From: a virus
Lineage: Duplodnaviria > Caudoviricetes
DNA: 64,000 bases
Reading direction: 5' to 3' (one strand)
Virus record (IMG/VR): IMGVR_UViG_3300042554_001750
Shown piece by piece: positions 11,338-22,180 of the stretch. The position numbers were made by a program, and so were the translations under genes. Every line of letters begins with the position of its first letter. The first letter of the stretch is position 1. The notes under the pieces are model-generated. The model made no database searches and had not been told where the DNA came from. It saw only the letters and a list, made by a program, of their open reading frames with translations.

Positions 11338-11781
11338 GTGAATATATTTCAATTAAATTACGAACAAAGATTAAAACATTGGCATCAACTTAGAATAGAT
11401 TTAGAAAATTCTGACACTAAAACAAAGTGTATAGAAATAGATAAATTTTGGCAAGCCGTACCCCTAGTAAATCATTACTTGCATACTGACTACATCCATG
11501 AATGGCCTGACCCATGGGAATTAATTAGTGACAATGAATATTGTGTCTATTCAAGAAGTTTGGGCATGATTTATACACTAATGCTATTGGGCATTAATGA
11601 TATTGACTTTGTTGACGCAAAAGACGATAATAATGAAGATGTGATATTAGTCATGGTAGACCACGCAAAATATATAATGAATTACTGGCCCAATACGGTA
11701 GTAAATAACTGTCTACAAGATTTCAAAATCACCAAGCGTCACAACTTAACACCCATAATTAAAAAAATAGGTCAAATATGA
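11338..11781 (+). CDS. Hypothetical protein
   Basis: GTG start 4 nt after TAAATA; overlaps the nrdA start. Confidence 0.75.
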   Translation: MNIFQLNYEQRLKHWHQLRIDLENSDTKTKCIEIDKFWQAVPLVNHYLHTDYIHEWPDPWELISDNEYCVYSRSLGMIYTLMLLGINDIDFVDAKDDNNEDVILVMVDHAKYIMNYWPNTVVNNCLQDFKITKRHNLTPIIKKIGQI

Positions 11782-14090
11782 AAATATACGTTACCAAACG
11801 ATCTGGACAAAAAGAACCTTTAACCTTAGAAAAATGGCAAAATCAAATACAAAAAATATGTAGTGGAATAGCTGATATAAGTCAGTCTATGATAGAAATC
11901 AAAGCACAGCCACACTTTTATGATGGAATTACAACACGCGAAATTGATGAAATCACACTTCGCGCCGTAGTTGATTTAATTGATGTAGAAAGCAATCCTG
12001 ATGTTGGTCATACCAATTATCAATATGCTGCGGGCAAACAACGCCTTAGTATGCTACGCAAAGATGTATACGGTGATTACAATCCTCCGAAACTATATGA
12101 AATTGTCAAAAGAAATATTGAAGTAGGATTGTACACTCCTGAATTGTTGTCCTGGTATTCTGAAGATGACTGGGATAAAATGGATTCGTTCATTGATCAT
12201 AGCAAAGATGAACTTTACAGTTACGCCGCCATTGAACAATTGATTGAAAAATATCTAGTAAGAAACCGTAGTACTAAACAAACATATGAGACACCTCAGG
12301 TTCGTTATATGGTTGCTGCCGCTACAGTCTTTCATAAAGAAGAACCTAATAACGCAAGAATGCGCTACATTAAGGAGTATTATAATGCTGCTTCGGATGG
12401 TTTGTTTACTCTTGCTACTCCTGTCCTCGCTGGCCTTGGCACACCGACCAAGCAGTTTAGTTCATGTGTCCTTATTCGTAGTGACGATGATTTGGATAGT
12501 ATATTTGCTTCGGGTGAAATGATGGCTAAGTATGCTAGCAAGCGTGCCGGCATCGGTTTAGAAATTGGTCGTTTGAGGCCTCTTGGTTCTCCTATTCGTG
12601 GTGGCGAGATTATGCACACAGGCATGATCCCTTTCTTGAAGAAATGGTTTGGTGACCTGCGTAGTTGCAGTCAAGGAGGTATTCGCAATGCAAGTGCTAC
12701 AGTTTTTTATCCTATTTGGCATCATCAGTTTGATGATCTTATTGTCCTTAAGAACAACCAAGGAACAGAAGAAACCCGAGTCCGTCATATGGATTATGGG
12801 GTTGTGTTGTCAGCTTTCTTCTGGAGACGATTTAAGAACAAAGAAAACATAACATTCTTTGATCCTAATGAAGTACCTGATTTATATGAAGCATTCTATT
12901 CAAACACAGAAAAGTTTGAAGAACTATATGTAAAGTATGAAAAACAAAAGGGCTTGCGTAAGAAAACTATGTCAGCCGAAGAAGTTTTTAAGAGTGGTAT
13001 ACTAAAGGAGAGAACTGATACAGGTAGAATTTATCTTGTGTTCATTGACAATGTAATGAATCAAGGTCCATTTGACCCTGAGTACCACACAATTTATCAG
13101 TCAAACTTATGCTGTGAAATACTTTTACCTACTAAGCCTTTTAAGCGTCTTGACGATGATAGTGGTCGGATCGCTTTATGTACTCTGGGAAGCATTAACT
13201 GGGGAGCTTTCCGTAATCCAGAAGATATGCGTAGGGCTTGCCGCATCTTGCAGCGTAGCCTTTGCAATATATTGGATTACCAAGATTTTCTTAGCATACA
13301 GTCCAAACTAAGCAACGACGAAATTCAGCCATTAGGCATTGGTGTAACCAATCTTGCTTATTGGCATGCAAAGCGTAGTCTTAAGTATGGCGAGAAAGAT
13401 GCATTACAAGAAGTTAAATCTTGGATGGAACATCAGGCATTCTACTTAACAGAAGCTACAGTTGAACTTGCCAAAGAAAGAGGCAAGTGTTTAGATAGTG
13501 ATAAGACACGATATGGTCAAGGTGTGTTCCCTTGGGAGCTTAGAGCGAAGGGTGTAAATGAATTGGCTAACTTTACTCCTGAATTAGACTGGGAACCGTT
13601 ACGCGAACAAATGAAACAGTACGGTGTTCGTAATGCAACACTGATGGCTATTGCTCCCGTAGAGTCTAGTTCTGTTGTTATTAATAGCACAAATGGTATT
13701 GAAATGCCAATGTCATTGATTTCAGTAAAAGAAAGTAAGGCAGGGTCATTCACTCAAGTAGTACCAGAATATCATAAACTAAAGAACAAATATCAATTAA
13801 TGTGGGAACAAAAAGACTGTGCAGGATATCTTAAGACTAGTGCTGTATTGGCAGCATATGTTGATCAAAGTATTAGTACCAATACTTTCTACAACCCTGC
13901 GCATTTCCCAGACCGTAAAGTACCAACTACATTGATTGCTAAAAACTTAATGAACTTCTACTACTGGGGCGGAAAGACACTATATTACTCACTTATCAAC
14001 AAGCAAGGTGCTAAAGTACAAGAAGAATCACATACGCCGTTAATAGAAGAAACATATGAAGAGGAAGACTGCGAGGCTTGCAAACTATGA
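11778..14090 (+). CDS. nrdA: Class Ia ribonucleotide reductase alpha subunit with ATP cone
   Basis: N-terminal VTKRSG ATP cone; TPVLAG, FSSC, QSNLCCEI, ALCTLG motifs; C-terminal CEAC; no intron or intein. Confidence 0.97.
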   Translation: MKIYVTKRSGQKEPLTLEKWQNQIQKICSGIADISQSMIEIKAQPHFYDGITTREIDEITLRAVVDLIDVESNPDVGHTNYQYAAGKQRLSMLRKDVYGDYNPPKLYEIVKRNIEVGLYTPELLSWYSEDDWDKMDSFIDHSKDELYSYAAIEQLIEKYLVRNRSTKQTYETPQVRYMVAAATVFHKEEPNNARMRYIKEYYNAASDGLFTLATPVLAGLGTPTKQFSSCVLIRSDDDLDSIFASGEMMAKYASKRAGIGLEIGRLRPLGSPIRGGEIMHTGMIPFLKKWFGDLRSCSQGGIRNASATVFYPIWHHQFDDLIVLKNNQGTEETRVRHMDYGVVLSAFFWRRFKNKENITFFDPNEVPDLYEAFYSNTEKFEELYVKYEKQKGLRKKTMSAEEVFKSGILKERTDTGRIYLVFIDNVMNQGPFDPEYHTIYQSNLCCEILLPTKPFKRLDDDSGRIALCTLGSINWGAFRNPEDMRRACRILQRSLCNILDYQDFLSIQSKLSNDEIQPLGIGVTNLAYWHAKRSLKYGEKDALQEVKSWMEHQAFYLTEATVELAKERGKCLDSDKTRYGQGVFPWELRAKGVNELANFTPELDWEPLREQMKQYGVRNATLMAIAPVESSSVVINSTNGIEMPMSLISVKESKAGSFTQVVPEYHKLKNKYQLMWEQKDCAGYLKTSAVLAAYVDQSISTNTFYNPAHFPDRKVPTTLIAKNLMNFYYWGGKTLYYSLINKQGAKVQEESHTPLIEETYEEEDCEACKL

Positions 14091-15187
14091 GCAAACAACA
14101 ATATAACTTACACACAAAGACAGATTATTTGAATAGAAAAATGTTTTTGGATCCACAGGGTCCAGTTACTATTCAACGGTTTGAGGAAGTCAAATATAAC
14201 AAAATTGCAGATTTTGAAAAAACAGCAAGAGGTTTCTTTTGGGTTCCAGAAGAAATTAGTTTAACTAAAGACGCAAATGATTTCAAAGATTCTAGTGATG
14301 CAGTTAAGCATATCTTTACTAGCAACCTATTACGACAAACAGCACTAGACAGTTTGCAAGGTCGTGGTCCTAGTCAAATCTTTACCCCAGTAATCAGCTT
14401 ACCTGAATTAGAGGCACTAGTTTATAACTGGACATTCTTTGAAACAAATATTCACAGTCGCAGTTATAGTCACATCATTCGCAACATTTATAATGTGCCA
14501 AAAGATGTTTTCAATAGTATCCATGACACTAAAGAAATCATAGACATGGCAAGTAGTGTTGGCAAGTACTATGATAAGTTGCATGAGGCAAATTGTAATA
14601 AAGAAGCCGGCATGTATGTTGAAGAAGATTATCATATCAAAGCAATCTATCTTGCATTGCATGCCAGTTACGCACTAGAAGCATTTAGATTTATGGTATC
14701 ATTTGCTACAAGTTTGGCGATGGTAGAAAACAAAATCTTTATTGGTAATGGCAACATTATCAGTTTGATTTTACAAGACGAATTGCTGCATAAGGGCTGG
14801 ACAGCATATCTTATCAATCAAGTGGTTAAAGAAGATAGCCGTTTTGCTAAGATTGCAGAAGAATGTAAATCAGAAGTAATTCAAATTTATACTGATGTAA
14901 TCAACGAAGAAAAAGCATGGGCCGATTATTTGTTTAAGAAAGGCCCTGTGATTGGTCTGAATGCAAATATTCTTAAAGACTTTGTAGACTATACAGCAGT
15001 AAACGCACTTAAAGATATTGGCATAAAGTATTGGGAGCATGCTCCTAAAACTACTCCGATACCTTGGTTTAACAAACATTCTGACACCAGTAAAAAGCAG
15101 GTTGCACTTCAAGAAAATGAATCAACAAACTATGTCATAGGTGTAATGGATTCAACTATAAATTATGATGAATTGCCTACTCTATAA
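14087..15187 (+). CDS. nrdB: Ribonucleotide reductase beta subunit
   Basis: [29 protein letters not shown]; ATGA overlap with the nrdA stop places the start at 14087. Confidence 0.96.
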   Translation: MSKQQYNLHTKTDYLNRKMFLDPQGPVTIQRFEEVKYNKIADFEKTARGFFWVPEEISLTKDANDFKDSSDAVKHIFTSNLLRQTALDSLQGRGPSQIFTPVISLPELEALVYNWTFFETNIHSRSYSHIIRNIYNVPKDVFNSIHDTKEIIDMASSVGKYYDKLHEANCNKEAGMYVEEDYHIKAIYLALHASYALEAFRFMVSFATSLAMVENKIFIGNGNIISLILQDELLHKGWTAYLINQVVKEDSRFAKIAEECKSEVIQIYTDVINEEKAWADYLFKKGPVIGLNANILKDFVDYTAVNALKDIGIKYWEHAPKTTPIPWFNKHSDTSKKQVALQENESTNYVIGVMDSTINYDELPTL

Positions 15188-15720
15188 CGACAATTATCAA
15201 AATGATAGCGTTTCATTGCATTGAACCCTCCTTCTAAACTGCAATGGGGGCAAATTATTTTGTATTTTTCACCTAATTTTTTGCCCTTCATTTTATTAGG
15301 AATACCCTTGTTCCATGCTGTGTAGCCTCTTGCTTTAGGACTTATCTTTCTTGCTGCAACCACATTTGCTATATGTTCTGTGGTTTTCTTTTTTCCGATC
15401 AACTTAGCACTAGCATTTTTTCTAAAATTCTCAGTCCTAACTGCACCCGCCGCACCTTCCCCTCCGTCTGTTTTGTTATGAAGAATTCCTGTACCTAAAT
15501 CTTTTCTACCATGCCATCTGATCATCCTTCTTTCTATCGCAAATGCCCCCACTTCCGATAAGTTGGATTCCATAAATATTATTTTAGATTTATCTTTTGG
15601 AGTATGAACGCCTCCCGTCTTTGTCCGGTGAGACTGAAAGGCGCGATTTCCTGAGCCTTTGCCAATATAATAAGGGGTGCCATCTTTTCTTAGATAGGCA
15701 TAAACATAATAAATACACAT
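15163..15720 (-). mobile_element. Free-standing GIY-YIG homing endonuclease with NUMOD3-like C-terminus
   Basis: [35 protein letters not shown]; inverted relative to neighbours; overlaps the nrdB 3' end by 25 bp. Confidence 0.88.
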
Positions 15721-15787
15721 GCTGATTGCTCCTATAAGCGTTAGAGTAGTTGGGAATCCCCATTCCGCGAACTACACTTTTATTTAT
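15721..15787 (-). promoter_or_regulatory. Late promoter and structured leader of the GIY-YIG gene
   Basis: Minus strand reads ATAAATA, then a GTAGTT/AACTAC stem enclosing GGAAT-GGGG-ATTCC, then AGGAG SD and ATG. Confidence 0.6.
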
Positions 15788-15845
15788 GCCGGATAAGTTG
15801 CTTTTGTCAGGCATTAGTATTATAATTATAATAAAGGAGAAAATT

Positions 15846-16079
15846 ATGAAAAAAGCAATTATCTGGAGCCGATACCACTGCCCTTTTTGCGACCAAGCTA
15901 AAGCATTATTAACACAAAACGGATATGAAATTGAAGAACGAAAAATTGGTGACGGATATACAAAAGAAGAATTGTTAGAAGCAATCCCAACAGCTAGAAC
16001 AGTACCGCAAATTTTAATCAATGATCAATATATTGGTGGATTTCAGGAACTAAAACAACACTTTGCAAAGGCAGCATAA
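15846..16079 (+). CDS. Glutaredoxin
   Basis: CPFC active site, TVPQI, IGGF; AAGGAG SD before ATG 15846. Confidence 0.93.
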   Translation: MKKAIIWSRYHCPFCDQAKALLTQNGYEIEERKIGDGYTKEELLEAIPTARTVPQILINDQYIGGFQELKQHFAKAA

Positions 16080-16381
16080 TGAAATTTGAAATAGGAAAAA
16101 TATACACACTAAAGTTTAACAGTGGCGAAGAAATGGTCGCCAAAGTACAATCAGAAAATACAGATAATACAATTACAGTGTCAAACCCTGTTAGTATTGC
16201 GCCAAGCGCACAGGGCATGGGATTAGTGCCCAGTATGTTCACCGCAGATCCCGACCAAATTATAACGATAAATACTAACAGTATTGCTATGTACGGAGTT
16301 ACCGAAGATAATGTTCAAACTAAGTACATTCAAGCAACAACTGGTATTCAAATACCAGAAAAGAAAATCGTAATGGGATAA
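16079..16381 (+). CDS. Hypothetical protein (Sm-like fold by eye)
   Basis: TLKFNSGEEMVAKV pattern; coupled to the glutaredoxin stop. Confidence 0.75.
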   Translation: MKFEIGKIYTLKFNSGEEMVAKVQSENTDNTITVSNPVSIAPSAQGMGLVPSMFTADPDQIITINTNSIAMYGVTEDNVQTKYIQATTGIQIPEKKIVMG

Positions 16382-16382
16382 T

Positions 16383-16664
16383 ATGCCACAATTAAGTCGT
16401 AAGGGTGATCAAAATACAACAGGAGGTAGAATAATTAGAGGGGCAGGAACTGTCTTCGCTAATGGTATCCCTGTTGGATTGCATGTAAGTGATATCACAC
16501 CTCATGCCCCTTTCGGCAGACCCCATCCACCGCATAAAGCTGCAAAAACAACAGAAGGTAGCCCAACTGTGTTTTGTGAAAATGTGCCTGTGTTAAGAGT
16601 TGGATCTGGTAATACATGTGGGCATAAAATAGTCCAAGGCAGTCAAAATATCTATTGTCCCTAA
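16383..16664 (+). CDS. PAAR-repeat spike tip protein
   Basis: RKGDQNTTGG, TVFANGIPV, GSPTVF, TCGH.IVQGS. Confidence 0.88.
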   Translation: MPQLSRKGDQNTTGGRIIRGAGTVFANGIPVGLHVSDITPHAPFGRPHPPHKAAKTTEGSPTVFCENVPVLRVGSGNTCGHKIVQGSQNIYCP

Positions 16665-16667
16665 ATC

Positions 16668-18107
16668 ATGGCATCTACTGGAAAACAAACACCGTTAGGC
16701 GTTAATGTCAACAGTTCTGTATTACAAAATATAGGATTTCACATTAATCCAGTAGCCGCCGGCTATATGGGTGCAAGCCGTGTTAATACTGAATATAGTT
16801 TTGGTAGTTTAGTTCAAGGTACTGTACTGAGATTATTGACATGGGCTATTCACGATGGATACAATAGAGGTCCCGGTGGATCAGCCGCAACACTAACAAC
16901 AAGCACATACAATAATTTAATTACTATTGGTCAAGGCGTACTTGAATCAATGGGTAATAGTAAGCCACCTACATATCAAGCTGTTGATCCTTCAGGCAGA
17001 TGGACAGCAGCAGGCACACCAGCAACAACGACTTACCCTATATCAGGTAATACAGGACAAGGACAATCTGCATCTTGGATCCCATACTTAATGACTAACC
17101 CTAATCATTCAGTAACACAATGGGGATTTATTAGATGTTGGGCATTGCAAGCTTGGAATGAATTTAACTACAATGGTGTACCTACAGGTTCAGGAATGCC
17201 AGAGTATAAAGACTTTACATCCTCATTTTTATCTAGCGATAGCTTTGTAAATTTTTCAAATGTTTCTATCAATGCTATGCAAAATAGCAAAACATTTTTA
17301 AAAGGTACATTCAGTAACGCAGATGATTTGATGACGGGTGATATAGCTGGTGTAACGCTAGCTACAAAAATATTTGGTCAAGATTGTATTGCGTTAGGCA
17401 AAGCAATTGATTTATCTTCTATACAAACATTTGGCATGCCAAGTGGATTATTAATAAATTTAAAAAAGAATAATGTATTAACGCAATCACTAAGTCTTGC
17501 TTTATTGTCCGCTGGATTAACTGTTGAAGATATTGATAATATTACGAATAGTGTTGTAGCACCGACTAAAACACAAGAACAACAAATATATGGCGCGTTT
17601 TTAATAATTATGGGCCAAGACTTGCAAGATATATTGGTTGTATTAAATTGCAAAACACAGAATTTAGAAACATTAGCTGATTTATTAAATATTAAAAAAT
17701 TATTTCCTAATAGTTATAAATCTTTAACTGTACCTGTTTACAACACTAATCCAGGACCTACTAATAGTAAAACATATTACCCAATATACGAAGGTAATAA
17801 TACTAATGTAAGACTTGAAAGCCCTGTTATTGCTGAACAAATAGGCACAGTAGTTCCTCCAATTGATCCGCCGATTGTTGAACCTGCTACACCGGCATTA
17901 TCTGTGACAACTGTTATAGAAAATAAACCTATAGAAGTTACTACTGCGCAAGTTATAGCAAGCGTATCAACAGAAGAAGTGCGACAAATAATTGAAGCAA
18001 TTGCTCCGATTATACCCGTTACTGACGTTGCACCTCAAGATGTACCTGGCAGGAGTGGCGGTAGCGCAAGTATATTAGAAAGAAATGATCAACTGGTGCA
18101 AAAATAA
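16668..18107 (+). CDS. Hypothetical protein, probably structural (baseplate/hub region)
   Basis: Long ORF co-oriented after PAAR; no catalytic motif recognised. Confidence 0.6.
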   Translation: MASTGKQTPLGVNVNSSVLQNIGFHINPVAAGYMGASRVNTEYSFGSLVQGTVLRLLTWAIHDGYNRGPGGSAATLTTSTYNNLITIGQGVLESMGNSKPPTYQAVDPSGRWTAAGTPATTTYPISGNTGQGQSASWIPYLMTNPNHSVTQWGFIRCWALQAWNEFNYNGVPTGSGMPEYKDFTSSFLSSDSFVNFSNVSINAMQNSKTFLKGTFSNADDLMTGDIAGVTLATKIFGQDCIALGKAIDLSSIQTFGMPSGLLINLKKNNVLTQSLSLALLSAGLTVEDIDNITNSVVAPTKTQEQQIYGAFLIIMGQDLQDILVVLNCKTQNLETLADLLNIKKLFPNSYKSLTVPVYNTNPGPTNSKTYYPIYEGNNTNVRLESPVIAEQIGTVVPPIDPPIVEPATPALSVTTVIENKPIEVTTAQVIASVSTEEVRQIIEAIAPIIPVTDVAPQDVPGRSGGSASILERNDQLVQK

Positions 18108-20035
18108 TGGCAGATGAATTTAATTATCAAGTAGCAGCCGTAGGATTCGGTTCATATTTAGATGGCATCGTACCAAAAGATGTAGCTATTGCTGCTGGCG
18201 CCTTTGCCGCAACCATGCAGCAAGTTAAAAATATTGAAAATGCAGAGTTTGAAAAGTTTGCACAGATCGTTACTAATATTGAAACTGCTAAGGGTTTAGA
18301 TTTAATAGGCGGCACAGATGTTCCAGTTAACTTACCATTGGCTAATCAAGGGCAAACATTAACAGCCTTAGGGTCCGGACCATACGGCACATTCACTATG
18401 AGTGATTTCTTTGGATGTATGTCAGGACTTCCTTATCCTTGGAAAGATTTGCAAAATAGTATTAATGAATTAACTACTACAAAATTATCAAATATCTACC
18501 ACGAATTGTTTTTAGCAGTAACATGGGAAAGAGCAGAAGTTTCTATTACACAAACAATATATAATGTAGAAATACAACCTTATATTCCACCTGACCCATC
18601 AGCAATCCCTCCAGTTGCAGGACAGCCACGAATTGACGATTGGTATTATACTGTATCATCTTCGCTCACACAAGACGGTGGTGGATATGGTCGCGGAAAT
18701 GCTCCTGCACCTTTAATAAGTTTTTCTCCTAACAACTGCGGCGCGTCTGCAACATGCACAATTGGTACTAATAATCAAAGTGCCGCTTCATTGGGCGGAG
18801 GAACATTTGGTAGAGTAACTTCATATAGTTTTAATGCCGGCACTGCATTTAAATATACAACAACTTCTGTCAATCAACCCGGACCACCTGCTACCCCGGC
18901 TGCACCAGTAGAATATGTTACCATTCAATCAGCACCTACCGCAGCTTTACCAGTGCAATCCAATGGTCAACGAGCCACCGGAGGCACAAACAGTGCCGGC
19001 ACCACAAAAGGTTCAGATGGCAGCACAACTATCTTAGAAGCCGGATGGGCATCACCAATGAATGGTGTTGTTCAAGGATACATTGATCAAGCAAATCAAG
19101 AAATTGCATTTATTAAAACTCGCTCCCCATTAAGAGCGAAAAATAATAATGTACTTTATGATGCATGTGGATTGCAACTTACTAGAGAACAAAGAGCTAG
19201 ATATACTGGTTTGCCTCCTGTACCTATTCCAAGAGATACATGGTTAAACTTATTCCCTACTGCACTATATGTTTTTACAGATTCAGTTCCTACATTAGGC
19301 TTGAACACAAATCCCCATATGAGTGCTCAAACTTTAGAAGCCATTAGTAATTTAAGTACAGTTGGTGGACAAAGTGTTATTGGAATGATGCGTGAAAGCA
19401 GAAATGAAAATAGATTAGTAGAAATAGGTGTTGAATTAGATAATCAGATCCCGGGTGACTTTGATCCCGATATCGGAAATCTATTACTTATAAATGGTAC
19501 TGTTCCTGTAGCCCTTGAAGGTATACCCGTTATTGGTATTAACGGCAATCCAACAGATCCTGTTGTTTCGTATACCTTGCCCAGTACGCTGGTACAAACT
19601 GACAATGACGGTAATTTAATAACCCCGCAAACATTGGGTTACTTAGATCCTAATATTAATAAATTTGTTGTAACACCTGACATTATAGATTACAATAATA
19701 ACAATCCTATAGAAAATATTTTAAATACAACTAACTTAGCTCCGAACGGTGAAAGCGTTTTAGGGCCGTATGGAGATGGCACAGGACCTGCTCTACCAAA
19801 CTCACCCGTTGCTATAGTTACTGCAGGAACTACTGCGCCCACTGGTTTGGGTAGCAACTTAGATACTGGGCAAGCTATAGCTCCCGGCAGCTTCGCAGGC
19901 TCTAGGTTCTCAAATCTATTGCCCAATACATTAAATACTACATATGCGGGAGGAAATATGCTTCCCGGTTCATATTCCGTACAAGAAGCAATTGATCAAG
20001 TTATTGCATGTAACTGTGATTGCTGGGTAGATTAA
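18107..20035 (+). CDS. Hypothetical protein, probably structural
   Basis: TAATG overlap with the previous gene; P/T/G-rich; ends in CNCDCW. Confidence 0.6.
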   Translation: MADEFNYQVAAVGFGSYLDGIVPKDVAIAAGAFAATMQQVKNIENAEFEKFAQIVTNIETAKGLDLIGGTDVPVNLPLANQGQTLTALGSGPYGTFTMSDFFGCMSGLPYPWKDLQNSINELTTTKLSNIYHELFLAVTWERAEVSITQTIYNVEIQPYIPPDPSAIPPVAGQPRIDDWYYTVSSSLTQDGGGYGRGNAPAPLISFSPNNCGASATCTIGTNNQSAASLGGGTFGRVTSYSFNAGTAFKYTTTSVNQPGPPATPAAPVEYVTIQSAPTAALPVQSNGQRATGGTNSAGTTKGSDGSTTILEAGWASPMNGVVQGYIDQANQEIAFIKTRSPLRAKNNNVLYDACGLQLTREQRARYTGLPPVPIPRDTWLNLFPTALYVFTDSVPTLGLNTNPHMSAQTLEAISNLSTVGGQSVIGMMRESRNENRLVEIGVELDNQIPGDFDPDIGNLLLINGTVPVALEGIPVIGINGNPTDPVVSYTLPSTLVQTDNDGNLITPQTLGYLDPNINKFVVTPDIIDYNNNNPIENILNTTNLAPNGESVLGPYGDGTGPALPNSPVAIVTAGTTAPTGLGSNLDTGQAIAPGSFAGSRFSNLLPNTLNTTYAGGNMLPGSYSVQEAIDQVIACNCDCWVD

Positions 20036-20114
20036 TACCCAAAATTTTTGCTTTAAAATATAAATTCTGTTATAGTACAGAATTACCAGCAAATTAAGAG
20101 AAAGGAAAAGTTAA

Positions 20115-20654
20115 ATGGAGTTTTCATTTAAGACTATCAATAGCCTTATTGGACTGGTGTTGGTTGCATTTCTAATCAATGCGGTAATGTCTTTTAAGTT
20201 CGGTGATCCCAAAGAAGTTATTATAACAAAACCAAAGTCATATGTTTCGGTTGAGAATGTAGACCGCCAACTTGATTGTTTGGCAATGAATATCTACAAA
20301 GAAGCAGGTCATGAACCATTTGAAGGTAAAGTGGCTGTAGCACAAGTTACACTAAACCGTGTAGACAATCCTAAGTTTCCTAAGGATATTTGTGCTGTTG
20401 TCTATCAGAAAAATGTAGTAATGGAAAAAGTAGTTTGCCAGTTTAGTTGGCATTGCGAAGGCTCGGCAACTAAAAAGCCAAAAGATAAAGCTTATCAAGA
20501 AAGCTATGCTGTAGCGAAGAAAGTTTTACTTGAAGGTTTTAGATTGGACAGTTTATCAGATGCGTTGTACTTTCATGCGGTATATGTTAATCCTGCCTGG
20601 CCCCATGAAAAAATTGGCAGAATCGGTAACCATGTATTTTATAAAGGTCGTTAA
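20115..20654 (+). CDS. Cell wall hydrolase, SleB/Hydrolase_2 family
   Basis: CLAMNIYKEAG.EP.EGKVAVAQVTLNR, CQFSW, LYFHA, IGNHVFY; N-terminal TM segment. Confidence 0.92.
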   Translation: MEFSFKTINSLIGLVLVAFLINAVMSFKFGDPKEVIITKPKSYVSVENVDRQLDCLAMNIYKEAGHEPFEGKVAVAQVTLNRVDNPKFPKDICAVVYQKNVVMEKVVCQFSWHCEGSATKKPKDKAYQESYAVAKKVLLEGFRLDSLSDALYFHAVYVNPAWPHEKIGRIGNHVFYKGR

Positions 20655-20656
20655 TT

Positions 20657-20980
20657 ATGAATAAACTTATTTTAATTTATCAGTATGTTTACAACAGTAT
20701 CCATGACTTCTTAACCAATAAGTTGAGTAAAGTCAGTGCTGATACCCTTGGATGGTTGGGAAATATTACACTACATGCCGCAACAATTCCCTCATTGCTA
20801 GCAATGATGACTGGTGTAACTGATAAACCACCTTCAGTTGATGTAGTATTGATGTTGTGGGCGGCTCTAGCACTATTGTTCTTCCGTAGTGTGTTGATGC
20901 GAGACTTGTTGAATATCATTACAATTGGTGTTGGCTTTATGATTCAGGCTATGTTGCTTGTTTTAATTTTCTTTAAGTGA
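20657..20980 (+). CDS. Small multi-pass membrane protein
   Basis: Three hydrophobic segments; lies next to the hydrolase. Confidence 0.7.
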   Translation: MNKLILIYQYVYNSIHDFLTNKLSKVSADTLGWLGNITLHAATIPSLLAMMTGVTDKPPSVDVVLMLWAALALLFFRSVLMRDLLNIITIGVGFMIQAMLLVLIFFK

Positions 20981-21447
20981 CTAAATCTAATTCAGCAAAG
21001 GGAAGAGAGAGTTATGACAGTACGGCTGGTGACTCTCTAATCCACTTTTTCAATCGCAATGTAACTCCCTATCCTACGGAAAGTTCGGGCCCTAAGTTTG
21101 ATTTGATTCCAGTAGAGAAACAAAAAGACATAATGGTAAATGTAGCTAGACTACATGCCCAACAAGAATATGATAGGATCATGGAACTTGTAAGTGTCTT
21201 GCAAAAGCAAGCTGAACAAATAAAAAGAAGGTTAGAGATTACTGATATGGTTCATCAAGCCAAATATGATTTTCAAATAGCACATGGAAATATATATTGG
21301 TTAGTTTATGATAACAATAAAAATTGTACGAGATTGTCCATAACAGGACCGAACGATTGGTTTACTGGTAAGCCTGTGACATACGAGTATATTTGTAAAG
21401 TTAAGTGGATGGGTGACTATACTTGGTTAGAGGTCAATGATGAGTAA
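20977..21447 (+). CDS. DUF2452-like protein
   Basis: RLHAQQEYDRIMELV.VLQKQA..IKRRL, A.Y.FQ...G..Y.LY, LSI.GP..W. Confidence 0.6.
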   Translation: MTKSNSAKGRESYDSTAGDSLIHFFNRNVTPYPTESSGPKFDLIPVEKQKDIMVNVARLHAQQEYDRIMELVSVLQKQAEQIKRRLEITDMVHQAKYDFQIAHGNIYWLVYDNNKNCTRLSITGPNDWFTGKPVTYEYICKVKWMGDYTWLEVNDE

Positions 21448-21979
21448 TTTGCGTAAAAGCCCACAGCGCGGTAGCTTCCAACTTGACAACTTGTTAAAGA
21501 GAGTTGAAAGTGGAGATACCTCTGTTGAACAGGCCGATGAACTGAAAGAACTTTATCAGTCTTGGGATCAACAAACATTAGAAAAAGAACAAACTAAAGA
21601 ATGGCGTATTAATAATATGGAATATGATTTGCGCACTAGTGAATATATTGCTGAGAAATGCAAGAAAGATAGTTACGCACAAAATCTATATGCCGCAATG
21701 TGTAATAACGACTTTGTAAAAAATGATGTTTGGCCTCTTTTAAAAGGAGAAACATGGAGTTGCAGTTGGCGTTATGCTGGCGGAATTATTGCCAACATTA
21801 GAGAAGAAGGTGATTATATTGATTGGTATTGTTCAGGTATCCGCGGCGGATATGACATGGGTGGCGGCCCTGAAGAAGATAACCGTGGGTATGTTGGTGA
21901 AGGTTTTGTAACGGATGAGATCCGCGATGACCTACTTAAAGTGGGTTGGGTAGTTGTAGACGATGCAAATACAGAATGA
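21437..21979 (+). CDS. Hypothetical protein
   Basis: YAQNLYAAMCNN, WSCSWRYAGGIIA, YIDWYCSG. Confidence 0.75.
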   Translation: MMSNLRKSPQRGSFQLDNLLKRVESGDTSVEQADELKELYQSWDQQTLEKEQTKEWRINNMEYDLRTSEYIAEKCKKDSYAQNLYAAMCNNDFVKNDVWPLLKGETWSCSWRYAGGIIANIREEGDYIDWYCSGIRGGYDMGGGPEEDNRGYVGEGFVTDEIRDDLLKVGWVVVDDANTE

Positions 21980-22006
21980 TAAATATCTTTGACTCAAGGA
22001 AATATT

Positions 22007-22162
22007 ATGCTAAGTTTAAACCGTCTACATGCTGGAAAACAATTACTTCAGCAAATCTGGGCGCAAGGAAAACAACCATCAAACACATTGTCTAAGCAGG
22101 GAATATTAGGCTCAACTCAATTACCAAAAAATTCTTTACCCCCGAAGAACTTTCAAAAATAA
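22007..22162 (+). CDS. Small hypothetical protein (51 aa), not in ORF track
   Basis: AAGGA SD, ATG 22007, TAA 22160; follows GATAAATA. Confidence 0.5.
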   Translation: MLSLNRLHAGKQLLQQIWAQGKQPSNTLSKQGILGSTQLPKNSLPPKNFQK

Positions 22163-22180
22163 TTAATAAGTGAGGCGTTT

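Noticed and set aside
11778-15187. Group I intron or intein in nrdA/nrdB
   Set aside because: Both ORFs are continuous and of normal length; the endonuclease is free-standing
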